Assembly: GCA_963828255.1 (NCBI GenBank)
Contig: CAWHDZ010000021.1
Location: forward strand, 96,001 to 160,000
Direction: 5' to 3'
Source of the DNA: an uncultured delta proteobacterium
GTDB lineage: Bacteria; Myxococcota; Myxococcia; Myxococcales; Anaeromyxobacteraceae
Length of the DNA: 64,000 nucleotides
This document shows, piece by piece, positions 1-12,417 of this stretch; positions within the stretch are counted from its first letter, which is position 1; each line of letters starts with the position of its first letter. The translations under genes and the position numbers were made by a program. The notes below the pieces were generated by a model. That model ran no database searches. It worked only from the letters and a program-made list of their open reading frames with translations, and was not told where the DNA came from.

Positions 1-1871
1 CTCCCCGACTGGAACCAGGCCAGCAGGCCCGGGACGACGTCGGCCGCGAAGAGGGAGTGGTTGTCCGCCTGGATGGCCGTGAAGTCGTCGAGCGTGTAGC
101 CGGAGGCCTTGGCGGAGAGCAGCGTGGCGGCGCGGGTCGCCCGGTAGCCCAGGTCGGTGAAGGCGTAGAGGTAGAGGTCAGCTCCCGCCGAGAACGGGTC
201 GTTCCCCATGAGCTGGCCTGTGATGTCGTTGTTGGCGGTCACGATCCGGTTCGCGGCCGGGTTCTTCGCCTGCGGGAGCGCTGCATCGGCGATTCGGCCG
301 GTCCAGGTGCAGCTCCCGTCCCCGGGCATGGGCGCCCAGGGGACCACCAGCCCGGGGGCGCCGTAGACGAGTCGCGGGCTGCCGGCCGGCGTCCCGAAGC
401 AGCCGGCCTTTCGCACCGGGACGTAGGCGTGCGGGTAGTACCCGATGTTCCCGTTCACGTCGGCGAAGACGAAGTTCTGGGCGCCGACCTGGAAGGTCCT
501 GACGGCCTCGAAGGCCTCGTCCACCGACTTCGCCAGGTTCAGCTGGAAGAAGGCCAGGAGCTCGTTGGTCGGCTCCTGCCCGGTCCAGCGGGCCGTGTAG
601 TAGGCGCTCGTGTCGGAGGCGACGACCGGGCCGTAGTCCGGAACCAGGATGATGGGAGGGTTGGGCGTGACCGGCGTGCCTCCCCGGACGTTGTAGGTCT
701 CGATCACAGGGACCCTGTTCGCCGGCAGGCCGCCCGCGGCGACCGGGAAGTAGTAGACGTCGGTGACGTCGTAGTAGGCCACCGTGTCGCCCCAGCCCAC
801 GTGATCGTTGTGGCCGATGGGGAAGACGGGCGCGCCCGGGAAGCCGACCCCGCCCACGTTGTGGGTGTCGCTCGTCACCTGCGCCAGGTAGAAGACCGAC
901 GGATTCTGCAGCGCCAGGTGCGGGTCGTTGGCGACCATGGCGTTGCCGGTCAGCGGCGACCGCATCACCCAGTTGTTCGAGCCGGCCGGGTCGCCGGGAC
1001 GAAGGCCGAGCATCTCCTTGATCGCGCGCAGGCCCTGGAGGACATCCGAACCCTGCAGCGGCGCGGGCGCGCGGATCGCCCCGGCGGGGGAGCCCCCGGT
1101 GACCGCGGCGGGCGGCGGGAGGATGCTCGTCCGGGTCGCCGGGACGAAGCGCGTGATGTCCGAGAAGAGCGCGAAGATCGGGCACTGGGTCACCGGCGTC
1201 GAGCCGCAGGCGGCCGCGAAGCCCTGCGCGAGCCGCCCGTAGTTGACCTCGTCCGAGAGGCTCTCGGAGAGGAGCCAGGACTGGAGCCGGCCGATGGCGA
1301 TCGAGTCCTGGACGGTCCACGGACCGGGCGTGTAGGTGCCCGGCAAGGACGCGATGGCGACGTACTCGGCCGGCACCCTCGCTCCGTTCTTGCCCGCGGC
1401 CATGTCGGCGAGGTAGCGGTTCACGCCGTCGGCGTAGCGCTGGAGGTAGGTCCGGAACGCGGGGGAGAGCGTGGAGGTGATGACCTCCTCGATCCGGTAG
1501 CTCCCCGCGTTGGGGAGCCCGGCCGCCACCGGCGCCTGCGCCGTGAAGACGGTCCGGATGGCGACGTCGTTCGAGAGCGCGGCCGATCCCAGCATCTCGG
1601 CGAGGGTTCCCCGGGCCGCGCGCCGCATGAAGTCCATCTGGAAGAGCCGGTCGCGCGCGTGCACGTAGCCGGTGGCGTAGGAGGCGTCGTCGTCGCTTCC
1701 CGCCACGATGTGCGGGACGCCCAGCCCGTCGTAGGAGACGGTGACCTCGGCGCTCAGGCCTGGGACACCGGACACCTCGCCGATGACGGGGAGGCCTTCG
1801 GGCGTCGCCGTCGACTGGCAGGCGGCCAGGGTCGCGGCGAGGAGCAGCGCGGGGAGAGCTCGGCGGGCCAT
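1..1871 (-). CDS. Penicillin acylase / Ntn-hydrolase family lipoprotein (3' end runs off the window)
   Basis: ATG at 1871 after GAGGTG; MARRALPALLLAATLAAC lipobox; YDGLGVPHI, ARDRLFQMD, GSNNWV (nucleophile Ser codon 978-980), ANDPHL motifs. Absent from the ORF track because no stop lies inside the window. Confidence 0.9.
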   Translation of the reverse strand, partial: MARRALPALLLAATLAACQSTATPEGLPVIGEVSGVPGLSAEVTVSYDGLGVPHIVAGSDDDASYATGYVHARDRLFQMDFMRRAARGTLAEMLGSAALSNDVAIRTVFTAQAPVAAGLPNAGSYRIEEVITSTLSPAFRTYLQRYADGVNRYLADMAAGKNGARVPAEYVAIASLPGTYTPGPWTVQDSIAIGRLQSWLLSESLSDEVNYGRLAQGFAAACGSTPVTQCPIFALFSDITRFVPATRTSILPPPAAVTGGSPAGAIRAPAPLQGSDVLQGLRAIKEMLGLRPGDPAGSNNWVMRSPLTGNAMVANDPHLALQNPSVFYLAQVTSDTHNVGGVGFPGAPVFPIGHNDHVGWGDTVAYYDVTDVYYFPVAAGGLPANRVPVIETYNVRGGTPVTPNPPIILVPDYGPVVASDTSAYYTARWTGQEPTNELLAFFQLNLAKSVDEAFEAVRTFQVGAQNFVFADVNGNIGYYPHAYVPVRKAGCFGTPAGSPRLVYGAPGLVVPWAPMPGDGSCTWTGRIADAALPQAKNPAANRIVTANNDITGQLMGNDPFSAGADLYLYAFTDLGYRATRAATLLSAKASGYTLDDFTAIQADNHSLFAADVVPGLLAWFQSG

Positions 1872-2021
1872 TTTCACCTCAGGTGATCGATGGTGGCTGC
1901 GGAAGGCGGTCGGCAAGAGTTCGCTTCGCCCGGCCGATCCCGTTTAGCTGGCGCGTGTCCCCGACGCATCGCGCGACGCGTCATCCGGCGACGAATTCCC
2001 GCGAAACTTCTGGAGAGGTGG

Positions 2022-3470
<1,449 letters not shown>

Positions 3471-3475
3471 CTCGC

Positions 3476-4621
3476 CTACCTTTTCACTAGGAGTGCTACC
3501 GCGTGGGCGGCGATGCCCTCGCCCCGCCCCACGAACCCGAGCCCCTCGCCGGTGGTGGCCTTGACGTTGACCTGCGCCGGCGAGACGCCGAGCGCCTCGG
3601 CCAGGCGGGCGCGCATCTCGTCGGCGCGGGGGGCGATCTTCGGCCGCCGGGCGGCCAGCGTCACGTCGCAGTTCCCCACCGTCCAGCCCAGCGCCCGCGC
3701 CTTGGCCGCCACCTCGCGGAGCAGGTGGAGCGAGGAGACCCCCTTCCAGCGCGGGTCGGTGTCGGGGAAGTGGCGGCCGATGTCCCCCAGCCCGGCCGCG
3801 CCCAGCACGGCGTCGCAGATGGCGTGGGCGCAGATGTCGGCGTCGGAGTGGCCGAGAAGGCCGTCCCCCTCGAACGGGACGCCGCCCAGGACGAGCTTCC
3901 GCCCCGGGGCGAAGGCGTGGACGTCGTAGCCCACCCCCGTGGCCACCGCCGGCTCGAGCAGCGCCCGGGCCCGGGCCAGGTCGTCCGGCCCGGTGATCTT
4001 GAAGTTCCCCGGCTCGCCGGGGACGAGCGCGACCTCGGCGCCGAGCGCCTCCACCAGCTGGCACTCGTCGGTGGCGCCGGCGGCGGCCGGCCCGGCCTCG
4101 GCGAAGGCCCGGCGGAGGAGCGGGGCTCGGAAGGCCTGTGGCGTCTGGGCCAGCCAGAGCACCCGCCGGTCGAGCGTCTCCACGACCCGGCTCCCCTCCC
4201 CGCGCTTCACGGTGTCGGTGGCCGGGAGGGCCGCCAGCGCCGCCCCGCGCGCCGCGGCAGCCTCGGCCACGGCCCGCGCCAGCTCAGCCGTCGCGAAGGG
4301 TCGGGCGGCATCGTGGACCACCACCACCGCGACCTCACCCAGCGCCTCGAGGCCGGCGCGGACCGAGTCGGCGCGGGCCGCTCCTCCGGCCACCGCGCGG
4401 ACGGGGACCGGGAGCCCCTGGAGGTCGGCCGCACCGCGGGACTCCTCGCCGGCCGGGACCACCACCACGATCTCATCGACCACGCCGCTCGTGGCGAGCG
4501 CGCGCGCCGCCCGCCGGACCACGGTCTCGCCGCCGAGCGTCGCCCACTGCTTGGCGACGCCGGCGCGGAGGCCGGAGCCGCCCGCCGCGACGATCCCGCC
4601 CACCCGCTCGCCCCCGATCAA
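3476..4621 (-). CDS. ispDF: Bifunctional IspD/IspF (MEP pathway)
   Basis: IspD motifs AAGGSGLR, VHDAARPF, AQTPQAF, KIT fused in one ORF to IspF motifs GYDVH, GHSDAD, NVKATTGEGLG; TTG start after GGAGG. Confidence 0.93.
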   Translation of the reverse strand: MIGGERVGGIVAAGGSGLRAGVAKQWATLGGETVVRRAARALATSGVVDEIVVVVPAGEESRGAADLQGLPVPVRAVAGGAARADSVRAGLEALGEVAVVVVHDAARPFATAELARAVAEAAAARGAALAALPATDTVKRGEGSRVVETLDRRVLWLAQTPQAFRAPLLRRAFAEAGPAAAGATDECQLVEALGAEVALVPGEPGNFKITGPDDLARARALLEPAVATGVGYDVHAFAPGRKLVLGGVPFEGDGLLGHSDADICAHAICDAVLGAAGLGDIGRHFPDTDPRWKGVSSLHLLREVAAKARALGWTVGNCDVTLAARRPKIAPRADEMRARLAEALGVSPAQVNVKATTGEGLGFVGRGEGIAAHAVALLVKR

Positions 4622-4793
4622 GGCGCCTCCACCGGGCTGGCACTCCTCGTGCTCTCGCCCATCCTCGATGAACGTCCGGCACGCCACGCCACGATCCGTC
4701 CCCCGGAAACGAGACCGCCGCACGGGCCATGGGCCGCGCGGCGGACGTCGTCCCTGCCGATCCGAAACGGCATGCCGTCCCGGACCCGGGCCA

Positions 4794-5309
4794 TCAGGTG
4801 ATGTTGAAGATCTTCCGGAGCTCCGTCTCGACGTCCTGCTCGTCGCAGTCCTTGGCGATGGCCAGCTCCTTGATGAGCAGCGACCGTGCCGTGTCGAGCA
4901 TCTTGCGCTCGCCGAAGGAGAGATCCTTGTCGGAGCGGAGCAGGTAGAGGTCGCGCAGCACCTCGGCGATCTCGAAGACCGAGCCGGTCTTGATCTTGTC
5001 CATGTACTCCCGGTACCGGCGGTTCCAGGTGGTGGAGTCGACCGAGACCTCCTTCTCGCGGAGGATCGTGTAGACCTTGCGGACCTCCTTGTCGCCGATG
5101 ATCTCGCGCAGGCCGACCGAGCCGACCTTGTTCATCGGGATCATGATCTTCATCCCGTTGTCGAGGATCCGGAGCACGTAGAAGGACTGCCGCTGGCCGG
5201 CGACCTCCTTGTGCTCGATCCCCATGACCTCGCCGACGCCCTGGCCAGGGTAGACTGCCTTGTCCCCGACCTTGAAGATCGGGCCCAACTGATTCTGGAT
5301 TGCCGCCAT
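4794..5309 (-). CDS. cdnL: CarD/CdnL family RNAP-binding transcription factor
   Basis: FKVGDKAVYPGQGVG, TWNRRYRE, LSFGERKML; cdnL-ispDF-cysS synteny. Confidence 0.95.
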   Translation of the reverse strand: MAAIQNQLGPIFKVGDKAVYPGQGVGEVMGIEHKEVAGQRQSFYVLRILDNGMKIMIPMNKVGSVGLREIIGDKEVRKVYTILREKEVSVDSTTWNRRYREYMDKIKTGSVFEIAEVLRDLYLLRSDKDLSFGERKMLDTARSLLIKELAIAKDCDEQDVETELRKIFNIT

Positions 5310-5384
5310 TCGTTCCTCCGCCCCGCTGCCGGTGTCGCCTGCACCCGGGATATCGGGCGGGCGGGCGCTGGGCCTGGAGCGCGG

Positions 5385-5413
5385 ACCCTACCACAATGGT
5401 TGAGCCCCGTCAA
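5385..5413 (-). promoter_or_regulatory. Sigma70-type promoter of cdnL operon
   Basis: TTGACG-17 bp-TAGGGT on the minus strand. Confidence 0.6.
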
Positions 5414-5464
5414 TATTGAAAGAATCGCTCGATTTCGGGCTTTTTCTTGAGGAATTCAAGGCAG

Positions 5465-7765
5465 ATGCAGATCGCGGCGGTCGCGTTCGCCGCGGGAGCC
5501 GGCGCCGCCATCTCCTTGAAACCAGGGGCGTTGGCAGCATTGGCAGGAATCGTCCCCGCCGTCTCGGCAGCCTGGGTTAGCTGTACCCCCCTCGCCTTCG
5601 CCGCTGCTGGATGGGTCGCAGCGGCAGCCTCCACGGCATCCCAGTCCTCCCCCGTTACGGGGTCATCTGCCCTCCGTGGGGAGGTCATTTCCATGCCCCG
5701 AAGGCAGGAGGACCGGGCCCGCTTCCTCCTCTCCGACCCCTCGCGAGGGCGGGTCGAGGTCTCGGCTCCCGACCTGGTCGCCCCCCTCGCCCCGGGCGAC
5801 CAGGTCCTCCTGTCGGTCGAGATCCGCGAGCCCAGGGGAGCCCGGAACCCGGGGGGTCGCGACGGCACCGTCGCCATGGCGGCCCACGGTGTCTCCGCCC
5901 AGGCATGGACGCGAACCCCGCCGGCCCGCTCGGCCCCGCCCTCGGCGCTCTCCGCAGTGGCGGCAGCGCGGCTCCGGTTCGGCGCCACGGCGTCGGGGGT
6001 CCTGCCGCTGCCGGAGGCGGCGCTCGTCCGGGCCATCGGCGCCGGCGACGAGTCGCAGGTTGACACGGCGACCCGGGAGCGCTTCGCGCGGAGCGGGCTC
6101 GCCCACGTGCTCTCGGTCTCCGGCCTCCACCTCGCGGTCGTGGCGCTGGGGAGCTTTCGCGCCCTCCAGGCGCTCCTGCTCCGGGTGCGCCCGCTGTCGT
6201 CGCGCCTCGACGTCCGGCGCGCAGCGGCGGGCGCCTCCCTCCCGGTGGCCGCTCTCTACGCGGTCGCCACCGGGGCGTCGGTGCCTGTCCTCCGCTCGGC
6301 CCTCGCCGCCGGGCTGGTATTCACCTCCGTCCTCCTCGGGCGCCGCACCGACGCCGCCTCGGCGCTGGCCATGGCGGCGCTCGTCCTGCTCGCCGTCGAT
6401 CCCGGCTCGCTCGTGGACGTGTCGTTCCAGCTCTCCTTCGCCTCGGTGGCCGGGCTCGTCGCGCTCTCCGGCCCCTTCCGCGCGGCGCTCCCCTTCCGGG
6501 CGGACCGGTCGGGCTGGCGCGCCCGGGCGCTCGAGGCGGCGCTCCAGGGGGCCTGCGCCAGCGCCGCGGCCACCGTGGCCACCGCTCCCCTCCTGGCGCT
6601 CCACTTCCGGAGCCTCTCCCTGGTCGGCGTGATCTCCAACGCGGTGGCGTTGCCCCTCGCCTCCGCGCTCACCGTCGTCGCGGCGCTCGCCTTCCTGGCC
6701 AGCGCCGCCCTGCCGCCCCTCGCACCCGCGCTCCTCTGGTCCTGCTGGCCGCTCGCCACGGCGTTCCTCCGGGTGAACGACGCCTTCGCCGCGCCGTCCT
6801 TCGCCTCGGTGGGCGTGGCCTCGCCGGGCTGGGGACTCGTCTGGGCCGCCTACGCGGCGGGCATCGGGGCGTTCCTGGCGCGCGGCCGCCTCCGCTGGTT
6901 GCTCGCCGCCGCCGGGCTCGCCGCCCTCCTCCTGCCCGGCCCGGCCAGGCTCCTCGCCTCCCGCGCACGGAACGGGATCGAGGTGGTCTTCCTCGCGGTG
7001 GGCCAGGGGGACTGCACCATCGTCCGGCTCCCCGGCGGCACGGCCGTGGTGATCGACGCCGGCGGGGATCCCTCCGGCCGGTACGACCCGGGCGCGCGCG
7101 ACGTCCTCCCCTTCCTGCGCGACATGGGGGTGACGCGGCTCGCCGCCGCCTTCGTGTCCCACCCGCACCCCGACCACCTGCAGGGACTCCCGGCGGTGGT
7201 GGCGGGCCTGGGCGCCCGGAACGTCTACGCGTCCCACGACCGCGGCGACGAGGCCGCCCGCGCCGCCTTCGCCCGCATGCCCCCGGCGACGGTGCTCGCG
7301 GCCGGGGACGAGGTCGACCTCGAGGGCGTCCGCTTCCGGGTCCTCGGCCCGCCGCCGGGCGACACGCGCCTCGTCGAGAACGACGCCTCCCTGGTCCTCC
7401 ACGTCACCTACGGTCAAACCTCCTTCCTGCTTCCGGGCGACGTGGAGGCGGCCGGGGAGGCCGCGCTGGCCGCCGCCGGCATCCCCCGCGCCGACGTGGT
7501 CAAGGCGCCGCACCACGGGAGCCGCACCAGCTCCGGGCGCGGGCTCGTCGCCGCCACGCACCCACGCTGGGTGGTCTTCACGGTTGGTCTGGGCAACCGG
7601 TACGGATTCCCCCACGCCGAGACGGTGGAGCGCTGGCGGGAGTCGGGCGCGGAGATGCTCCGGACCGACGAGGGTCCGGTCCGGTTCCGTTCCGACGGCC
7701 GGGCGGTGTGGCGCGCCGGGCCGGAAGCCGCCATCGACGCCTGGGCGCTCCTGGGGGGGAGGTAG
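5465..7765 (+). CDS. comEC: ComEC/Rec2 DNA-uptake channel with C-terminal metallo-beta-lactamase domain
   Basis: SGLAHVLSVSGLH, SFQLSF, VGQGD, SHPHPDH, PHHGS, NRYGFPH; start codon uncertain (5447 or 5465). Confidence 0.93.
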   Translation: MQIAAVAFAAGAGAAISLKPGALAALAGIVPAVSAAWVSCTPLAFAAAGWVAAAASTASQSSPVTGSSALRGEVISMPRRQEDRARFLLSDPSRGRVEVSAPDLVAPLAPGDQVLLSVEIREPRGARNPGGRDGTVAMAAHGVSAQAWTRTPPARSAPPSALSAVAAARLRFGATASGVLPLPEAALVRAIGAGDESQVDTATRERFARSGLAHVLSVSGLHLAVVALGSFRALQALLLRVRPLSSRLDVRRAAAGASLPVAALYAVATGASVPVLRSALAAGLVFTSVLLGRRTDAASALAMAALVLLAVDPGSLVDVSFQLSFASVAGLVALSGPFRAALPFRADRSGWRARALEAALQGACASAAATVATAPLLALHFRSLSLVGVISNAVALPLASALTVVAALAFLASAALPPLAPALLWSCWPLATAFLRVNDAFAAPSFASVGVASPGWGLVWAAYAAGIGAFLARGRLRWLLAAAGLAALLLPGPARLLASRARNGIEVVFLAVGQGDCTIVRLPGGTAVVIDAGGDPSGRYDPGARDVLPFLRDMGVTRLAAAFVSHPHPDHLQGLPAVVAGLGARNVYASHDRGDEAARAAFARMPPATVLAAGDEVDLEGVRFRVLGPPPGDTRLVENDASLVLHVTYGQTSFLLPGDVEAAGEAALAAAGIPRADVVKAPHHGSRTSSGRGLVAATHPRWVVFTVGLGNRYGFPHAETVERWRESGAEMLRTDEGPVRFRSDGRAVWRAGPEAAIDAWALLGGR

Positions 7766-7770
7766 CCCCG

Positions 7771-8499
7771 GTGGCGTCGCTCGCCATCCTCCATCGTCCC
7801 GGGGAGCCACCCGTCGAGATCCCGCTCGCGGCCGGAGCCACCAGCGAGGTCCTCCCCTCGGTCCGGGTGTCGGCCGCCGACGCCCCGGGGGTCGTCATCG
7901 AGGGCTCGCCCCGCCGGATCCGGGTCGCCGGGCGGCGCCTTCGTCCAGGGGAGCGGTGGCTCCTGCGGCCGGGTCAGTGGGCCACCGTGGACGGCGCGCG
8001 GATCGTCGCGGGGTGGGTCGACCCCGGCACCGCTGCCGAGGCGCGCTCCGTCCTGCTGGCGGCGCTCCGCGGCGACGACGCCGGGGCCTGGCCGGAACTC
8101 CACGCCCTGGCCGGGCCGCTGGCGGGGCGGCGCCTCAGGCTCCGACCCGGGGTGATGGGCCGGGGAGCGTCTGCCTCGACCCGGCTCGACGACCCCACGG
8201 TCTCGCGGGAGCACGCCCGGGTCCAGTTCGAGGCCGGGCGGATCCTCCTCGAGGACCTGGGCAGCCGCAACGGCTCCTGGCTCGGAGGGGCGCGGCTGGG
8301 CGGGCCCCGCGAGATGGCGCCGGGCCAGGAGTTCCGTGCCGGACGGACGGTGCTCGCCCTCGGCATCGTCCCGCCACCCGGTGGGGAGGACGCGCCGGCG
8401 CCCCTCCCCAGGCCCGTCCGGCCCTTTTCCGGGCGGCCGTCCCGCGTCGCGCTGCTGGCCGCGGCGACCGCAGCCGCGGCTGCGCTCCTCGCGCTCTGA
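7771..8499 (+). CDS. FHA-domain protein with C-terminal membrane anchor
   Basis: GR..LDDPTVSREHA..DLGSRNG FHA core; hydrophobic C-terminus. Confidence 0.8.
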   Translation: MASLAILHRPGEPPVEIPLAAGATSEVLPSVRVSAADAPGVVIEGSPRRIRVAGRRLRPGERWLLRPGQWATVDGARIVAGWVDPGTAAEARSVLLAALRGDDAGAWPELHALAGPLAGRRLRLRPGVMGRGASASTRLDDPTVSREHARVQFEAGRILLEDLGSRNGSWLGGARLGGPREMAPGQEFRAGRTVLALGIVPPPGGEDAPAPLPRPVRPFSGRPSRVALLAAATAAAAALLAL

Positions 8500-8508
8500 C
8501 CGACGGTC

Positions 8509-9435
8509 CTAGAACCGGCCGCCCAGGGCGCGGTAGGCCTGCTCGAGCGCGTCGAAGTCCTTGAGCACGGTGGCGCCGGCGTGGGCCACGGCCTCGGGGC
8601 GCGCCTCGGCCGCGGCTCCCCCCACGAAGACCTCCACCCCGGCTTGCACTCCGTCCACGACGGCGCGGACCGAATCGACCGCCGATGGGCCGGAGTCGAG
8701 CCGGGTCAAGGCGAGGACCACCGCCCGGGCTCCGGTCCGCCGCGCGGCCTCGACGACGTCCGAGGCGGGCAGGTCGGCCCCGAGGTACACGACCCCGAGC
8801 CCCCCGGCCGCGGCGAGCATGGCGGCGGCGGCGAGCCCGAGCTCGTGCCGTTCCCCGGGAGGGGTGGCGAAGAGCAAGCCGGTCCGGCTCTCGCGTGGCG
8901 CCTGGACCCGGATCAGCGAGCCGAGCAGGCCGCGCAGGGAAGCCGAGACCATGTGCTCCTGGGCGACGGTGAACCGACCCTCCTGCCAGCCCTTCCCCAC
9001 CTCGCGCAGGAACGGCAGGACCACCTCGTGCACCATCTCGCGGGACGCGAGCACCGCGGAGAGCTTTCCGAGCTTCCGGTCCACCGCCGCGAGGTCGTAC
9101 CGATCGACGGCGTCGAGCAACCCCACGAGGTCCACCGCGTCGGCCTTCCCGCCGCGGTCGGAGGGCTCGAGCCCGGCCTCGAGCAGCTTCCCGAGCTCCG
9201 GCTCCCCGAGGTTGGCGATGCGACCGATGGCGTGGCCGCGCTCCACGAGCCGCCGCAGAAGCTTGAGCTTCTGGAGGTCCACGTCGTCGTAGAGCCGGCC
9301 ACGGTCGTCCCGGGCCGGCTCGACGGCGCCGTACCGCCGCTCCCAGGCTCGAAGCGTGTCGATGGGGATCCCGGTGATTCGGGCGACGACGCGAATGGGG
9401 TACTTGCCGGACGGTTTCCCAGGCGCTGGAATCAT
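8509..9435 (-). CDS. MerR-family B12-binding regulator (CarH/CarA/LitR-like)
   Basis: LRAWERRYG MerR HTH; W-x9-EH (WQEGRFTVAQEH); ExHxxG (ERHELG); VGG. Confidence 0.9.
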   Translation of the reverse strand: MIPAPGKPSGKYPIRVVARITGIPIDTLRAWERRYGAVEPARDDRGRLYDDVDLQKLKLLRRLVERGHAIGRIANLGEPELGKLLEAGLEPSDRGGKADAVDLVGLLDAVDRYDLAAVDRKLGKLSAVLASREMVHEVVLPFLREVGKGWQEGRFTVAQEHMVSASLRGLLGSLIRVQAPRESRTGLLFATPPGERHELGLAAAAMLAAAGGLGVVYLGADLPASDVVEAARRTGARAVVLALTRLDSGPSAVDSVRAVVDGVQAGVEVFVGGAAAEARPEAVAHAGATVLKDFDALEQAYRALGGRF

Positions 9436-9460
9436 CCCGCCTCTCTAGCGACCCCAAAAA

Positions 9461-9512
9461 TCGTTGCAAGTACTTTGTCAGGTCTCTATCCATGACAAAC
9501 ACACTGCAACGA
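9461..9512. promoter_or_regulatory. Palindromic operator candidate between the CarH-like and SRPBCC genes
   Basis: TCGTTGCA-n5-TTTGTCA-n12-TGACAAA-n5-TGCAACGA inverted repeat in an AT-rich intergenic region. Confidence 0.7.
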
Positions 9513-9520
9513 GGTCAAAG

Positions 9521-10003
9521 ATGATCCGGATTCACATTCTCGAGCGAAGCCAGGTCGTGCCCCTGCCCCGTGCCGAGGTCTTCTCCTTCTTCGCCGATCC
9601 GCGAAACCTGGAAGCCATCACCCCGTCGTTCTTGAGGTTTTCCATAATTCCGCCCGTCCCAACCTCGCTCGACGTGGACGCGCGCATCGAGTACCGGCTC
9701 TCCCTGTTCGGCGTCCCCTTCCTCTGGCGGACCCGCATCGCCGCCTGGCAGCCGGGCCTGCGCTTCGTGGACGTCCAGGAGCGTGGCCCCTACGCCCTCT
9801 GGCACCACACCCACACCTTCGCCGACGTGGACGGGGGCACGCGCGTCGCCGACCGGGTGGAGTACCGGTTGCCCCTGGGCGCGCTCGGAGAGGTCGCGCA
9901 CCCGCTCATGGTGCGCCGCACGCTGGCGCGCATCTTCGACCACCGGCAGGAGCGGGTCGCGAGCCTTCTCGGCGCGGCGCCCGGCTCCCGGCGCGCCGCC
10001 TGA
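9521..10003 (+). CDS. SRPBCC (START-like) family protein
   Basis: FF..P.NL..ITP, FVDVQERGPYALWHHTHTF, D.VEY.LP, IFDHR; GAGG RBS before ATG 9521. Confidence 0.85.
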   Translation: MIRIHILERSQVVPLPRAEVFSFFADPRNLEAITPSFLRFSIIPPVPTSLDVDARIEYRLSLFGVPFLWRTRIAAWQPGLRFVDVQERGPYALWHHTHTFADVDGGTRVADRVEYRLPLGALGEVAHPLMVRRTLARIFDHRQERVASLLGAAPGSRRAA

Positions 10004-10028
10004 CGGCTGCCGGATCCGGGCCGCGAAT

Positions 10029-11408
<1,380 letters not shown>

Positions 11409-12407
11409 TCATCGACGGGACCGGCCCGGGGTCCGGCGCTCCAGCGCCTGGGTGGCGTATTCCAGGTCGACCGCGAAGCCGATGGCGGGACCGGGACGGC
11501 CGAACCGGGCCAGCAGACCGTCGTAGCGGCCGCCCGAGGCGACCGCGCTGCCGGCGCCCGGCGCGTACCCGGCGAAGGTGATGCCGGTGTAGTACCCGAG
11601 CCCCCGGACCTCGCCGAGATCCACCTCGACCTCGCGCACGCCCCGCCGGCGCGCCAGGCGCAGCCCGGCTTCCAGCTCGGCGAGCGGCCCGGCCGCCCCC
11701 GGCACGCCCCTGGCCATGGATCGGGCCCGCGAGAGGGCCCCCTCGCCGTAGAGGGTGGCGAGGGAGGGCAGCACCTTGCGGGCGATGAGCGAGCCCCTGG
11801 CCCGCCCGGCCAGGCGGGAGAGCGACCCCTGGTCCTTGCGGGAGAGGGCCTCCTCGGCCTCGGCGCGTGCGGCGCCCCGGAGCCCGGCCGCATCGAGCAC
11901 CGCGCCGGCGAAGCGCGCGTGCCCCACCTCGAGCACCGCGGCGTCGAGCCCCACCCGGTCGAGCGCCTTGCGCAGGATCGCGAGCGCCTCGGCGTCGGCC
12001 GACGGTCCGCCCGCTCCCAGGAGCTCGACCCCGGCCTGGTAGACCTCGCGGGGCCTCCCGGCGCGGGCCTCGCGGGCCCGCAGCACCGGCCCGTCGTAGC
12101 AGAGCCGCGCCGGGTCGGGCAGGGCGTCGGGGCGCGCCGCGTAGAGCCTCACGATCTGCGGCGTGATGTCGGGCCGGATGGCCACCACCTCGCCCGAGCC
12201 GGGCTCGACGAACTTCAGCACCTGCGCGAGCGCCGCGGGCGAGAGCCCCCGCTCCACCACCTCGAGCCGCTCCAGCGTGGGGAGGAGCAGGCGACGGTAG
12301 CGGAAGGACGCGAAGACCTCGTGCAGCCGCGCCGACAGGTCGGCCAGGTGCGCCGAGTGGTCGGGGGTGAGATCGCGGAGGCCGAGAGGGAGCGAGAGGT
12401 CGAGCAT
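11409..12407 (-). CDS. hisZ: ATP phosphoribosyltransferase regulatory subunit
   Basis: HisRS-like fold (RPDITPQI, QAGVEL, YYTG, GGRYD) without anticodon domain; hisZ-purA synteny. Confidence 0.92.
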   Translation of the reverse strand: MLDLSLPLGLRDLTPDHSAHLADLSARLHEVFASFRYRRLLLPTLERLEVVERGLSPAALAQVLKFVEPGSGEVVAIRPDITPQIVRLYAARPDALPDPARLCYDGPVLRAREARAGRPREVYQAGVELLGAGGPSADAEALAILRKALDRVGLDAAVLEVGHARFAGAVLDAAGLRGAARAEAEEALSRKDQGSLSRLAGRARGSLIARKVLPSLATLYGEGALSRARSMARGVPGAAGPLAELEAGLRLARRRGVREVEVDLGEVRGLGYYTGITFAGYAPGAGSAVASGGRYDGLLARFGRPGPAIGFAVDLEYATQALERRTPGRSRR

Positions 12408-12417
12408 GACCCCGACT

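Noticed and set aside
57..1886. 609-aa plus-strand ORF
   Set aside because: Antisense shadow of the acylase gene; no recognisable motifs and the Arg/Gly/Val bias typical of high-GC off-frames.
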